The notes under the pieces are model-generated. The model had not been told where the DNA came from. It was given only the letters and a program-made list of their open reading frames with translations, and did not search any database. A program made the translations under genes and the position numbers. Below are positions 54,235-63,858 of a stretch of 64,000 bases of DNA, piece by piece. The DNA comes from a virus. The first letter of the stretch is position 1; each line of letters begins with the position of its first letter. Location: IMG/VR virus record IMGVR_UViG_3300042698_000029, positions 89,127-153,126 of that record; one strand, 5' to 3'.

Positions 54235-54313
54235 GTGCCTTCCTTCCCCTTCGTTGGAAGACACTCTTCCTAAGCATCCCCCACGCTGTCAACAGATGGA
54301 GTCTACGTGATAA

Positions 54314-54670
54314 CTACGTCACACCCCTGGTCGGGGGCGGTACCCGGTCCTCGGCGATGACGTCCCGGAACATCCAGTCCGGGTACTCTTCCCACGCCTC
54401 GGTCAGCCAACCAGTCTGACGACCCGCACGGTTCCACTCCGCCGCACTGAGTACACCGGTCCGGCCACTCCCCGCCGGGTCGTACCGCAGCACACTGACG
54501 CGGTGCTCGTAGTACCAGCACCGCAGCTGCTTCACCGACGCCCAGGCCTTTTCCTCAGTCTCGTCCCGCAGAGCGTTGGACCAGGTCCGGGACCTGCTGG
54601 TCGGATGAACGAAGTCCACCCAGTAGGTCAACCGAACCTGATCCAGCGCGGGAACTTCCAGCTCACTCAC
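54314..54670 (-). CDS. hypothetical protein
   Basis: Likely GTG start (VSELEVP), packed in operon. Confidence 0.45.
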   Translation of the reverse strand: MSELEVPALDQVRLTYWVDFVHPTSRSRTWSNALRDETEEKAWASVKQLRCWYYEHRVSVLRYDPAGSGRTGVLSAAEWNRAGRQTGWLTEAWEEYPDWMFRDVIAEDRVPPPTRGVT

Positions 54671-54692
54671 AGTCTTCCCCAGGCCCCGTGGT

Positions 54693-55046
54693 TCAGGAGG
54701 CCACGCCGCTGCGGCTTGCCCGGCGCGCGTTGAACCTCTCCCAGTACGTCTCCCACTGCGGAGGAATCCCTTCGCGGCAGCCGAAAACGACCAGCCAGCC
54801 CTCGTCCTCCGGCTTGTCCGGGTTCTTCCCAGGGACCCAGGAGGCGAAGAATTCGGCCGGGTCCCAGCCGCCGTCGATCCGCTCTCCCCGCTCGAACCTC
54901 TTGGCCGCGTCAACGGCCTTCTGCTGAGTGGGGAACCACGCGTCGGGGATGGTCTCCGTCAAGTTCTTCCTGAGAAACGCCTTGCGTTCCTCCACAGTGT
55001 TGGGGCCTTCCGAGACAGGAAGGGGCCAGAATCCCTTGATCCTCAC
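54693..55046 (-). CDS. hypothetical protein (117 aa)
   Basis: GAGGAGG RBS. Confidence 0.6.
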   Translation of the reverse strand: MRIKGFWPLPVSEGPNTVEERKAFLRKNLTETIPDAWFPTQQKAVDAAKRFERGERIDGGWDPAEFFASWVPGKNPDKPEDEGWLVVFGCREGIPPQWETYWERFNARRASRSGVAS

Positions 55047-55202
55047 GACAAGGACCTCCTCTTTGATCTACGTGGAAATCCCAGACTAACCTGGGAACAT
55101 CATGAGATCCAGCGGAAGTGACCCGGCGTGGCTGCCTGCTCTAACATGACGAAGCAGCCCCCGGCGAGGACCGGGGGCTGCTTCACGTTCCGTCCCGTGG
55201 AA

Positions 55203-55475
55203 TCAGGACTCTTCGATCTGGTCGGCGTGCTTGACCAGGATTTCCTGCCCCGCGTGGACCAGCTCCTTGAGGTCCGCGTACGAGATGCGGATCTCAAGGG
55301 CCGCGTGGGCGCTCGGGGAGAACGACCCCTTCGAGCGGTAGTCCAGGCGGACCGACGCCGAGTCCTGCTCATCAGCCAGGGTCATCTCGACCGAAGCCGT
55401 CTCGTCCTCCTCCAGCCAGAGGCGGGACGACTTCCCCAGACGCTGAATCCAGCGGTGCGTGTTCTTCCAGGGCAT
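55203..55475 (-). CDS. hypothetical protein (90 aa)
   Basis: GGAGG RBS, coupled start. Confidence 0.55.
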   Translation of the reverse strand: MPWKNTHRWIQRLGKSSRLWLEEDETASVEMTLADEQDSASVRLDYRSKGSFSPSAHAALEIRISYADLKELVHAGQEILVKHADQIEES

Positions 55476-55592
55476 CAGATCCTCCAGCTCCTGACGGGGT
55501 CGCCCTGGCCCTGGTTGTCGTGCGCGCTGCGCAGCTGGGTGTACGCCCGGCGTTCGGCCTCGTACAGCAGGTGGTCGCGCATGGTGTTCTCC

Positions 55593-55877
55593 TCAGGCCA
55601 GGTCGATGCGGTCGGTGTTGTTCGGGATGAGCACCGGATACGCCAGAGAGTTGAGCTTGACGATCCAGTGCTTCCCGTCCGGGGTGGCCGCCACCGTGTC
55701 GATCTCCCCGGTGACCTCCATCCGGTCCGGATGGCCGACGTGGATCTCCCAGTTCTCGTCCAGATCCAGGTCACCGAGTACGTCCGCCTGGACCCACTCA
55801 TCCGTAATGCGCGGGTCGCGCAGGACGTCGTCGGACTGAGTCAGATAGTTGTCCAGCTTGCTCATACCGTCAGTCAT
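55593..55877 (-). CDS. hypothetical acidic protein
   Basis: ATGA coupling to the upstream TerD-like gene. Confidence 0.55.
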   Translation of the reverse strand: MTDGMSKLDNYLTQSDDVLRDPRITDEWVQADVLGDLDLDENWEIHVGHPDRMEVTGEIDTVAATPDGKHWIVKLNSLAYPVLIPNNTDRIDLA

Positions 55878-56476
55878 GCGAGGCACTCCATCGTGTTCTT
55901 GAGGTCGGTGAGGTCGCCTGGTTCGGCGTACCCCCAGCGGGCATCTCGGAGGGCGGTCCAGCCGCCGTCCGTGCGGCGCTCCAGGTCCATCAGGATGGCG
56001 ACGTTCAGCCGGTCCAGGAGCAGCCCGGCCCCTGAGCAGAGCTGGATCTCCGACTGGATCAGGAGGTCCGAGCTTTCCGGACCGTACAGGTCGAGCTGCG
56101 CCTTGGGAATCTGGTCGAAGGACGTGCCGGGCTGATGGGCAACCACGGCTACCGTCAGCTTGGAGACCACGGTCGGCGCCAGGCTCAGGTCGACCAGGGC
56201 TGACTCGTCCCACAGAGACCGGCCGCCGCGCTTCTCGTCGTGAGCGATCCACAACCAGTCCGCCACGTCTCCACCCAGCCCGACGGGACCGAACAGCCCG
56301 GCGATCTGACCGTCCTCGCGGTAGGCGGTGAGGATCAGGTCCAGGTTCATTCCGCGCAGCTTCTTGATCTGGCCCGACAGACCGGCCCCGCCGTCCCTGC
56401 GCCAGCTCGCTGCCAGCCGGACGGTGCCGCTGGGGAGGGGCCATGAGGTACGGACGGGGCTCAGCTGAATTGCCAT
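55874..56476 (-). CDS. divergent TerD-family protein
   Basis: LAASW...MNLDL...HDEKRG....DESALVDLS..P..V..L.V.V.......F pattern. Confidence 0.6.
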   Translation of the reverse strand: MAIQLSPVRTSWPLPSGTVRLAASWRRDGGAGLSGQIKKLRGMNLDLILTAYREDGQIAGLFGPVGLGGDVADWLWIAHDEKRGGRSLWDESALVDLSLAPTVVSKLTVAVVAHQPGTSFDQIPKAQLDLYGPESSDLLIQSEIQLCSGAGLLLDRLNVAILMDLERRTDGGWTALRDARWGYAEPGDLTDLKNTMECLA

Positions 56477-56787
56477 CACATCTCCTTCTTGTGGTGTGCG
56501 AGGACCAGCTGGCAGACGTGGTCCCAGTTCGCCAGCGAGAACAGCAGGGAGCCGAGGTCGCTGCGGATCTTCCGCGCGGTCTCGACGTCGGCGTCCCGGT
56601 TGGAGATCCACAGGAGGTCATCGACCTGCACTCCGTACCCGATGTCGAAGAGCAGGAGGTTCACCCAGCTGTGGAGGGGGTTGACCGCTTCCAGACCGGT
56701 GGCGTTCTTCGCCAGGGCCAGGGCGGGGTCCCGCAGCGCGGGATCGTTGCACAGCCACTCGGCAATGCGGGCCTCGTAGTTGTCCAT
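56476..56787 (-). CDS. hypothetical protein
   Basis: Coupled start and stop. Confidence 0.55.
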   Translation of the reverse strand: MDNYEARIAEWLCNDPALRDPALALAKNATGLEAVNPLHSWVNLLLFDIGYGVQVDDLLWISNRDADVETARKIRSDLGSLLFSLANWDHVCQLVLAHHKKEM

Positions 56788-57125
56788 CACGCCACCACCG
56801 CGATCTGCTTGGCGACCTGGATCTGGGAGAGGAGGGCCAGGGCGGAGCGGTGAGCGGCCTTCGCCTCGTCCGTGTAGGACGAGAGGCACATGCGCGCGTA
56901 CCGCAGGAGCAGGTCCTTCACCTCGGGGCAGGCCCGGACGAACACGAAGGGCTCCCCGGTGGCGGAGGGAACGTTCACGCGGGCGTCCCACGCGTACCGC
57001 AGGGTCATCTCCACCATGTTCTGGTGGGCCATGTCGAGGTCGCCGTTCCAGGCTCCGGTGGTGCGGAACCAGAGGTCGAAGGCATTCGCGTTCCTTGCCG
57101 AGAGCCGTACTCCGTTGTCGCTCAT
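56787..57125 (-). CDS. hypothetical protein (112 aa)
   Basis: GGGAGG RBS. Confidence 0.6.
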   Translation of the reverse strand: MSDNGVRLSARNANAFDLWFRTTGAWNGDLDMAHQNMVEMTLRYAWDARVNVPSATGEPFVFVRACPEVKDLLLRYARMCLSSYTDEAKAAHRSALALLSQIQVAKQIAVVA

Positions 57126-57246
57126 GATGTCCTCCCCTTCCGAGGGATGTCGTGGTCGTCAGTCTCCCTTATCAATCTGTCCTGACACGATAAAGCCTCC
57201 TCCTGGACCGGCGTGCAGTCCAGGAGGAGGCGGTGTGACGTAGCTC

Positions 57247-57570
57247 TCAGCTGTACAGCTTCTTCAGGCGTTCGATCTCCGCTTCGACCTCGGCGAGGGT
57301 GACCTCTCGGTACTCCCATCCCCCGTCCGGTCGCTGCATGGTCAGCCGAGCCGTCCTTCCGGCTTGCAGGGTGTACCGGGCGGACCCCAGAAGGTCCTGC
57401 CGCAGAGTGTCCTCTCCCTGTTCCGCTTCCCAGCGAATGCCGTCGCCCCCTTCCTCGTCTGCTTCCAGGAAAAGCTCCTCGTAGCTGTGCTTGATATCGA
57501 CGCCGTACTTCCCGAGCACGGCCTTGATCTCCTGCCGTGCCTGGTAAAGCTCCATCAGACGCTGATCCAT
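57247..57570 (-). CDS. hypothetical protein (107 aa)
   Basis: GAGGAG RBS. Confidence 0.6.
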   Translation of the reverse strand: MDQRLMELYQARQEIKAVLGKYGVDIKHSYEELFLEADEEGGDGIRWEAEQGEDTLRQDLLGSARYTLQAGRTARLTMQRPDGGWEYREVTLAEVEAEIERLKKLYS

Positions 57571-57580
57571 GACCCTCTCC

Positions 57581-57772
57581 TCAGTGCCAGGTGCCGTCGT
57601 CCAGATCGAGGTAACTGCCGGACTTGTCGTCGGTCAGGACGATCCGAGGACCGTCGTGCTGGATCAGGGTGATCCGCATCCCCGTCTCGGCCAGCAGCTC
57701 CCACAACCGTCGCCGGGCCTCCGCCATCTTCTGCTGCTGCATCCCCTGCATGAACAGGTTGAGGTCGGTCAC
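57581..57772 (-). CDS. hypothetical protein (63 aa)
   Basis: GTGA coupling. Confidence 0.55.
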   Translation of the reverse strand: MTDLNLFMQGMQQQKMAEARRRLWELLAETGMRITLIQHDGPRIVLTDDKSGSYLDLDDGTWH

Positions 57773-58083
57773 GACGGCTCCCCACTCTCTTCCTCGATCA
57801 AGCGCAGGGCGAACCCGTGCACCTTCAGCTGCGACGGCCCCACCGTGAAGTACACGAGAGCCCCGTACTTCTTCCCTTCGAGTACGACCGGCTTCCGGAC
57901 CTGCGCCACCCGGGACACCCAGCCAGGCTCGTCTGACCGGCTCGCGGGAAGCGACACAGAACCCTTGAAGGGCTCCTTCTCCAGGACGTCGAGCTTGTCC
58001 TGGAAGACCTTCTGCACGTCCCTGTCCAGGTGGAACAGGTCGTCCATCACCTGGTGGGACACGTAACTCACGTACCTCGGCAT
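57769..58083 (-). CDS. RelE-like protein
   Basis: YVSYVSHQVMDDLFHLDRDVQKVFQDKLDVLEKEPFKG...LVYFTV...LKVH pattern, GAAGGAG RBS. Confidence 0.5.
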   Translation of the reverse strand: MPRYVSYVSHQVMDDLFHLDRDVQKVFQDKLDVLEKEPFKGSVSLPASRSDEPGWVSRVAQVRKPVVLEGKKYGALVYFTVGPSQLKVHGFALRLIEEESGEPS

Positions 58084-58096
58084 CGCTCTCCTTCGG

Positions 58097-58975
58097 TTAC
58101 TTCTGAAGTTTGGACACCAGCTTGGACGGGTCCAGGATCGGCGCCCCACCCGGACCGGAAATGTACGGGTCGATCCACGTACGCCTCGTACGGACCTTCC
58201 CAGGCCCGTACGGGACGTTGCGCCAATGCCCCCGGGTGATCCACCGGTGCGACCGCTGGACACCCTCCCCGGACCCGTACGACGGATTCGTGGCCGTTCG
58301 TCGCAGCGTCACGTACCGGGTGTCCATCAGCAGCTTGGCGTCCAGCCGGGCCAGCCTCTTCATGCCGTGACGCGACGGCCGAACCATCTCCCGGGTGGCC
58401 AGCGTCTGCTCCATCAGCAGCCACAGCGACAAGGCCATCGTCGGCAGGAACACCGAGATCGTCTGGTCCATCTCATCCACCGGCATGGTACGCAGGTAGA
58501 TGTTGATGGCGGTCAGCTCCTCCCCGAGGGGAACCGGCTGCTCCATGTCCGGCAGCAGTACCGACCGGGTCAGGGCCAGCCCTTCCTTGAAAGCCCTCAC
58601 ACGCTCGGGGTTGTCCTCGTGGAAGGACTGGATCCTGTCCAGACCCATCTGCCGGGGGACCAACCCGTGAAGGTTGACCTTTCCCCCGATGACCGACCAG
58701 GAGAACCCGGCCAGCCCGTGGACCGTCCCCTCCCATACCAGAATCCCGTGCGGAGAAGGGATGTCCTCGGCGTGCATCGTCATCGGCAGCAGGGACTCCG
58801 CCGCCGCCTCGGCCGTCTGCCGCATGTCCTGGGCAACCCAGAACAGGTCTGCCGCCTGGACCGAGGTGATCCACCTGTCCAGGCTGACCCCAGGATCACC
58901 CTTGTACCAGCGCGCGTCCTCAATCATGTCCGCCCGCAGTTCGGGAACGTCCCTCGCAGTGACGTTGTGGGACAC
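58097..58975 (-). CDS. phage-type hypothetical protein with C-terminal RW.VRGHWR...YGP motif
   Basis: HRWITRGHWRNVPYGP...WIDPYISGP..AP. Confidence 0.65.
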   Translation of the reverse strand: MSHNVTARDVPELRADMIEDARWYKGDPGVSLDRWITSVQAADLFWVAQDMRQTAEAAAESLLPMTMHAEDIPSPHGILVWEGTVHGLAGFSWSVIGGKVNLHGLVPRQMGLDRIQSFHEDNPERVRAFKEGLALTRSVLLPDMEQPVPLGEELTAINIYLRTMPVDEMDQTISVFLPTMALSLWLLMEQTLATREMVRPSRHGMKRLARLDAKLLMDTRYVTLRRTATNPSYGSGEGVQRSHRWITRGHWRNVPYGPGKVRTRRTWIDPYISGPGGAPILDPSKLVSKLQK

Positions 58976-58978
58976 GGC

Positions 58979-59335
58979 TCAGAACTCCAGCCGGTGACTG
59001 TCGCACACCGTGGCGGTGCCCACCGCGTAGCGGATGAGCAGCTGCTGGCCATTGAGGTCGATCTCGGGGCTGACCGGCACCCAGTCCCGGGTACCCGGCT
59101 TATTCATGATCAAGGAGGAGAAGGCGCCGGACATGTCCAGCGGGGCGTCCTCAGGGTAGCTCAGGTGGTCCACGATGACGTTGGCCGCCCAGCCCTTGAG
59201 GCCGTCCAGGGACAGGACCGCGAGGGACCCGTCCTGATTGGCGATGAAGACCGACTGGACTTCCTCCACGTCGCTGCGGTCCAGCCACAGCACCGGGTAG
59301 TTCTTGCCCTCTTCGTACGCACGGTTGAACTGCAT
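58979..59335 (-). CDS. hypothetical protein (118 aa)
   Basis: TGATG coupling to the HU gene. Confidence 0.6.
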   Translation of the reverse strand: MQFNRAYEEGKNYPVLWLDRSDVEEVQSVFIANQDGSLAVLSLDGLKGWAANVIVDHLSYPEDAPLDMSGAFSSLIMNKPGTRDWVPVSPEIDLNGQQLLIRYAVGTATVCDSHRLEF

Positions 59336-59817
59336 CAGATCTTCTCCTTCTTGATGTACCTGCGCTTGTGGACACCGGCCTTGGCGTAGTCGGTGATGGC
59401 CTCCCCCGAGTTCTTGGGAGCCTTGCCGATGAGCGGCCCGGTCTTGGGGAGAGACCGGCCGTTGAGGTACTGCTTGAACAGGGCGCCGGAGGAGAACTTG
59501 ACGTCCTTGCGTGCAGGGGCCCGCATGGTCTCGCCGGTCTGAGGATTGCGGGCCTTACGGGCCTTCCGCTCCTCGGGCGCGAACGCCCCGAACCCGGTGA
59601 TCAACACAGACTTGCCCTGGTGAACGGTCCGAGTGACAGCGTCCAGGAACTCCATGCAGATCTTCTCGACGTCGTCCTTCCCAGGCGCGTTCATACCCTC
59701 GGCCAGCCTCAGATTCAAGGCGACCATCGTGAACAGATCGTCTCGGCTGAGCCGCTCCTTCACTTCGATCGCCTTCAGCCGCTTCTGGTCAGTGTCGGAC
59801 AGCTCCGAAACCTTCAT
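59335..59817 (-). CDS. hup: HU/IHF-family DNA-binding protein with N- and C-terminal extensions
   Basis: V.ITGFGAF...ERKARKARNPQTGE....PA...VKF..G..FK motif. Confidence 0.9.
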   Translation of the reverse strand: MKVSELSDTDQKRLKAIEVKERLSRDDLFTMVALNLRLAEGMNAPGKDDVEKICMEFLDAVTRTVHQGKSVLITGFGAFAPEERKARKARNPQTGETMRAPARKDVKFSSGALFKQYLNGRSLPKTGPLIGKAPKNSGEAITDYAKAGVHKRRYIKKEKI

Positions 59818-59911
59818 GTCTTCCTCCTTCAACTCAGGCAAACGAAAGGCCCGTAGGGGGAACTTATCCCCCTACGGGCCCCAGGATCCAGCGAGTTGAG
59901 TGTGCCGTCGC

Positions 59912-60127
59912 TCACAGTCGACGGTCCGCCTCCCGGTGGTCCGCCAAGCACAGCACGCAATCCGGATCACCGTTCGTACCGTGCCTGCCCGTGAGGTGCG
60001 CAACCGATCGTGCGTCGTCGCCCTTGATGCAGGCCGAACAGTGGATCGCCGTCATCCCGTCCGCGTGCTGGCCGTCTGCGTGCTCAGCCAGCAGCTCCTT
60101 GTCTTGGTCTCCCGGCGTGTAAGCCAT
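59912..60127 (-). CDS. small His/Cys-rich protein with two H...H....C..C units
   Basis: HADGQH...CSAC and HLTGRH...CVLC, GGAGAGG RBS. Confidence 0.55.
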   Translation of the reverse strand: MAYTPGDQDKELLAEHADGQHADGMTAIHCSACIKGDDARSVAHLTGRHGTNGDPDCVLCLADHREADRRL

Positions 60128-60138
60128 TCCCTCTCCTC

Positions 60139-60753
60139 TTACGCTGCGAATGCCTTGGGGGAGACCTGACCGGGCTCCCAGGTGCTGTCAGGGTCCCGGA
60201 TCCCCTCCTCCCCACACCACTGGTTCACGAAGTCCGTGACCTCGTCGTCGGACATGTGGAAGCCGGGAACGTCCCCGTTCGACCTAGTGATCAGGTAGTC
60301 CAGGAACGCGAAGGACAAATCCTCGTTCTCGTTCCCTGCCAGGTCCTCTCCGTAGAACAGGACCTCCGCTTCCCTGTTGGTCAGGCCCAGAACCGACTGG
60401 GCGGCGTCCGGGACCGGGATGCGAAGGGAGCTGCACGGTATCCCGGGCGAAGGGACCGGCCGGACCTCGTTAGCCTGACGGCTGCCGTAATCCCATACGG
60501 CCTCGAACCGACCCGAGGCCACTGCCAGACGACCCGCCAGGTCGTAGTACACCCTGTCGTCCAGGCCCCAGCGGATGAACGCCGAGTGAGTGTGCTCGCC
60601 GGAGTTTCGGGCCCACTCGCGCAGCTCCAGGAGCTTCACCGGCAGGTCGTCGGGGTACCTCTGGGGGCTGTCGCGGGGGGTCTCCGCTTCCTCGTCCGTA
60701 CCGTATTCTTCTTCGTCGTAGTGAGTGTCGTACCGGTCCGTCAGGCGGTTCAT
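60139..60753 (-). CDS. hypothetical acidic protein
   Basis: GAGG RBS before MNRLTD. A...LGLT.REA..LF motif common in actinophage proteins. Confidence 0.6.
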   Translation of the reverse strand: MNRLTDRYDTHYDEEEYGTDEEAETPRDSPQRYPDDLPVKLLELREWARNSGEHTHSAFIRWGLDDRVYYDLAGRLAVASGRFEAVWDYGSRQANEVRPVPSPGIPCSSLRIPVPDAAQSVLGLTNREAEVLFYGEDLAGNENEDLSFAFLDYLITRSNGDVPGFHMSDDEVTDFVNQWCGEEGIRDPDSTWEPGQVSPKAFAA

Positions 60754-60863
60754 CCGTCTTATCCTCTCTGATCGAAACGAGAAGGGCCCCACAGAAGGAA
60801 TGTACCCTTCTGTGGGGCCCCTTTACAGGAATCCGCAGGTGATGCGCATCACCTGCCTGGAGA

Positions 60864-61580
60864 TCAGACGCGCTGGCGGCAGTGGTCCAGCAGCGAGTTG
60901 ATGTCGCCGCGCTTGATCGACACCATCTCCTCCAGCACCTCGATCTGCCACGGCGCCGCCGGGTCCGTCGGCGAGGTACGCGAGACCTTCGCGATGAGGC
61001 AGCAGTTCGCCTGCGCCCCCAGGTCCGGCATGATCAGGGCGTCTTCGGTGGCCGAACCGTCCGCGCCGAGGTTGTACATGCGGAACTCGACGTTGTTGGC
61101 CCCCTGGAACCCCTTGTCCTGCGCGGCATCAGCCATGCCGCCTGCCTTGAAGACCGAGGCGGTGAAAAAGATGGAGTCGTAGGCGAGCGGGATGTCGGCG
61201 AGGACCACGTCGACCTGTTCGTCGTCCAGCGCCTCGATTTGGGCCGCCGACAGGCCGGACTTCTTGAGCTTGCGCTTGTTGTCCTCGCCGGTGGTGGAGT
61301 CTCCGGAGTGCTTGACGGGGGAGCCCTCGCGGGCCAGCGGATCCACGTTGTCCAGACCGGCGAACTTGACCGCCTTGGTGCCCTGCATGAGGACGGCGAT
61401 CAAGTCGATGTCCAGGCCGCCCGCCTTCGACAGCAGGCCGAGGAACCCCGACTTGCCCCGCGTGGACGCGTCCCACTTCGCGCCGAACCGCAGCCGCTTC
61501 TGGGCGGTGCCGTCGTCCTCGACCAACTTCGCACCGTTGCCACGGCCAGCGTTGTCCTTGTTCAGGTTGATCGAACCCAT
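60864..61580 (-). CDS. terD: TerD-family stress protein
   Basis: INLNK, GAKWD, DIDL.A, HSGDSTTG, DDEQV.V.L..IP motifs. Confidence 0.85.
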   Translation of the reverse strand: MGSINLNKDNAGRGNGAKLVEDDGTAQKRLRFGAKWDASTRGKSGFLGLLSKAGGLDIDLIAVLMQGTKAVKFAGLDNVDPLAREGSPVKHSGDSTTGEDNKRKLKKSGLSAAQIEALDDEQVDVVLADIPLAYDSIFFTASVFKAGGMADAAQDKGFQGANNVEFRMYNLGADGSATEDALIMPDLGAQANCCLIAKVSRTSPTDPAAPWQIEVLEEMVSIKRGDINSLLDHCRQRV

Positions 61581-61658
61581 GATGTTCTTCCCCTTCAGTG
61601 TGGGCCCCCGACGGATTGCCGGGGGCCGGTCGTTCCCAGTACTGATGTGCGGGACGGG

Positions 61659-61937
61659 CTACTCGAACTCGGCCAGCGCCTCTTCCGCAGTCTTGACCGG
61701 CGCCGTGTTGTCGGCCAGGACCACGTAACTGGCCCCGCCCTTGCCCGTCAGGAACGGCAGCACCACGATGTGCGGGGCGCCGGGCCGGGACCAGCCGCCG
61801 ATCTCCCACGCGCCACGGGAGGGCAGCCACTTCGCCGGGACCGCCGTGCCGCCCAGCTCCCGGGCCAGCCCGCGCGCCTCGGCCGGGCCGTACCCGAGTG
61901 CCCGCGCCGGTGTCCTTGTCAGGTCGACTGCCATCAC
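61659..61937 (-). CDS. hypothetical protein
   Basis: GTGA coupling (VMAVDLT). Confidence 0.5.
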   Translation of the reverse strand: MMAVDLTRTPARALGYGPAEARGLARELGGTAVPAKWLPSRGAWEIGGWSRPGAPHIVVLPFLTGKGGASYVVLADNTAPVKTAEEALAEFE

Positions 61938-62308
61938 TTCTCCCCCTGGTCCAAGTGTTCCTGCTCCTTGCGCTGTTTGGTCACGGCCGCGTCGATGGCC
62001 TTGTCCAGGGAAATGAAGGTGGCGACCTTCAGGAAGGCCTCCCACTGGGTGTGTTCCTCCATGCTCCTGTCCAAGCAGTCAGGGCCATAGCTCGGGGAGA
62101 AGGCGACCCACTTGTCCGGCGAGTCCGCCATGCAATAGAACGGCCCCCACTTCGCCACCCAGCGGCCGTCTGGAAGCTTCCCCAACGTGGACACCTGGAC
62201 GAGCCACTGGACCTTCTGCTCGCCGTCCACGGTTCGGTAGACCGGGAAGACGAACTCGGTGGCGTGTGCTGCCCGCTCCCGTGCGGTACGCAAGTCGTCG
62301 GTGCTCAT
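61934..62308 (-). CDS. hypothetical protein, paralog of 62305-62664
   Basis: Shared AT.F..PV......, PDGRW....G.FY..AD and TF.SLD.A..A motifs. Confidence 0.65.
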   Translation of the reverse strand: MSTDDLRTARERAAHATEFVFPVYRTVDGEQKVQWLVQVSTLGKLPDGRWVAKWGPFYCMADSPDKWVAFSPSYGPDCLDRSMEEHTQWEAFLKVATFISLDKAIDAAVTKQRKEQEHLDQGEK

Positions 62309-62664
62309 GCGCTTTCCTTGGCGTCGTACTCAGCCTGAACCTGCTGCTGCCGGGCCTTGGCGGCCTTGACCGCCGCGTCCAGCGAGTGGAAGGTGGTGCG
62401 CCGATCGAACTCGGCCCACTCCTCCGATGCCTCCAGCAGCGCCAGGGGCTCCGTCAGCCACTCGTCCTCGTCGGCGCACCGGTAGAACTGCCCCTGCGTC
62501 ACATGCCAGCGGCCGTCCGGGACCTGCGCGTAGGCGGACACCACGACGACGTCGAGGATCTCCCGCACGCCGTCCTCGCTGTTCTTGAAGACCGGGTATC
62601 CGAAGCTGGTGGCGCTCGCCGCCTCGTTCCAGGCGAAGTCCAGGTCGAGGTCTTTGTCGTTCAT
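62305..62664 (-). CDS. hypothetical protein, paralog of 61934-62308
   Basis: Same shared motifs, AAGGA RBS. Confidence 0.65.
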   Translation of the reverse strand: MNDKDLDLDFAWNEAASATSFGYPVFKNSEDGVREILDVVVVSAYAQVPDGRWHVTQGQFYRCADEDEWLTEPLALLEASEEWAEFDRRTTFHSLDAAVKAAKARQQQVQAEYDAKESA

Positions 62665-62672
62665 GGTTTTCC

Positions 62673-63137
62673 TTATCGGATCGTGGTGGACAGAAGTTCC
62701 TCCACCTTGTCGTCTCCTCCGAGCAGCGCCGCGAGATCCCGCGCCGCCCGGCAGTCCTGGTCGAAGCGGTACCGCCAGAACTCCTGGTTCCCCAGGTCGG
62801 CAGGCCGCAGGCCCATCAGCTTGCACCAGCCCGTAAATGTCCTCTTCGTCCCCAACAGCCGTACCCGTTCGACGCGGCCCAGCAGAGTCCGGAGGTACTT
62901 GTCGACCAGGACAGTGATGTCGTTGCTCGACTTCGTGTACTCCATCACCGTGGCCGAGTGGAAATCCTCCAGGGACACCCCCTCCCTTCGCCGGGAGGTG
63001 ATGCGGACGTTCCAGGAATGGACTGAGCTGGCGAGGGCCGTTCTGCGGTAGTTCCCGTCGTATCTGGCCTCGCCGCCGTAGCTGAACTCGACGGCGAGGC
63101 CGTACGTGGCCATCTGCTGAAGGATGGTCTGCTTCAC
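62673..63137 (-). CDS. hypothetical protein, paralog of 63145-63612
   Basis: Shared NQEFWR.RFD.D motif. Confidence 0.6.
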   Translation of the reverse strand: MKQTILQQMATYGLAVEFSYGGEARYDGNYRRTALASSVHSWNVRITSRRREGVSLEDFHSATVMEYTKSSNDITVLVDKYLRTLLGRVERVRLLGTKRTFTGWCKLMGLRPADLGNQEFWRYRFDQDCRAARDLAALLGGDDKVEELLSTTIR

Positions 63138-63144
63138 CCGGGTC

Positions 63145-63612
63145 CTACCGGGAGCTGACGGAGGTGAGGAACTCGCGAGCGCGGTCCCCGCCGCAGACGA
63201 TCCGCGTGAACTCCTTGAAGCACTTCACGTCGTGGTCGAACCGGCCGCGCCAGAACTCCTGGTTGTCCCGGGTGTCCTCGATGGTCACGCCGAAGCTCAC
63301 GCCCTGCACGTCCAGCCACTCCTCATAGTCGAGGAGGTGGCCGTCCATCGACAGGAGGTTCCCCATGCGCAGGGAGAAGGAGAGCATGTACTGCTCCGTG
63401 ACGGTGGTCTCCGACTCCTGGATGGCCTGGAATTCGTTGCGGGTGGCCCGGTAGCGGTCACTCAGGACCGCCGTAGGGTGCCCGGCCATGACCCTGACGG
63501 CCCAGACGTGTACTTCCTCAGCGCTCTTGGGGGAGAGGCGTTCCACACCCTGGTACAGGAACTCCGGCGTGATGCCGAAGGTGATGAGGTTCTGATGGAG
63601 ACTGCTCTTCAT
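63145..63612 (-). CDS. hypothetical protein, paralog of 62673-63137
   Basis: Shared NQEFWR.RFD.D motif, AAGGAAGG RBS. Confidence 0.6.
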   Translation of the reverse strand: MKSSLHQNLITFGITPEFLYQGVERLSPKSAEEVHVWAVRVMAGHPTAVLSDRYRATRNEFQAIQESETTVTEQYMLSFSLRMGNLLSMDGHLLDYEEWLDVQGVSFGVTIEDTRDNQEFWRGRFDHDVKCFKEFTRIVCGGDRAREFLTSVSSR

Positions 63613-63630
63613 GGCTTCCCTTCCTTGAGA

Positions 63631-63858
63631 TCAGGCGGCGGTCTTGATGGCGGCCGGAGTGAAGGCACCGATGATCTGGCCCTTGCGGTTGCGCTTGGTG
63701 ATGTACGCCTTCCCGTGCCGGTCCTTCAGCTCCAGGCCGCGCTTGGTGGCTTCCGTGTCGGAGAAGATCGGCCCGGTCTCCCGGCAGTCACGGTCGACGG
63801 TCCCTACGGGGCCGTAGTGCACGACGAAGTAGGCTTCGGTGGCCTTCATGACACTCAT
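63631..63858 (-). CDS. hypothetical protein
   Basis: GAAGG RBS, upstream CTTATC motif. Confidence 0.5.
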   Translation of the reverse strand: MSVMKATEAYFVVHYGPVGTVDRDCRETGPIFSDTEATKRGLELKDRHGKAYITKRNRKGQIIGAFTPAAIKTAA

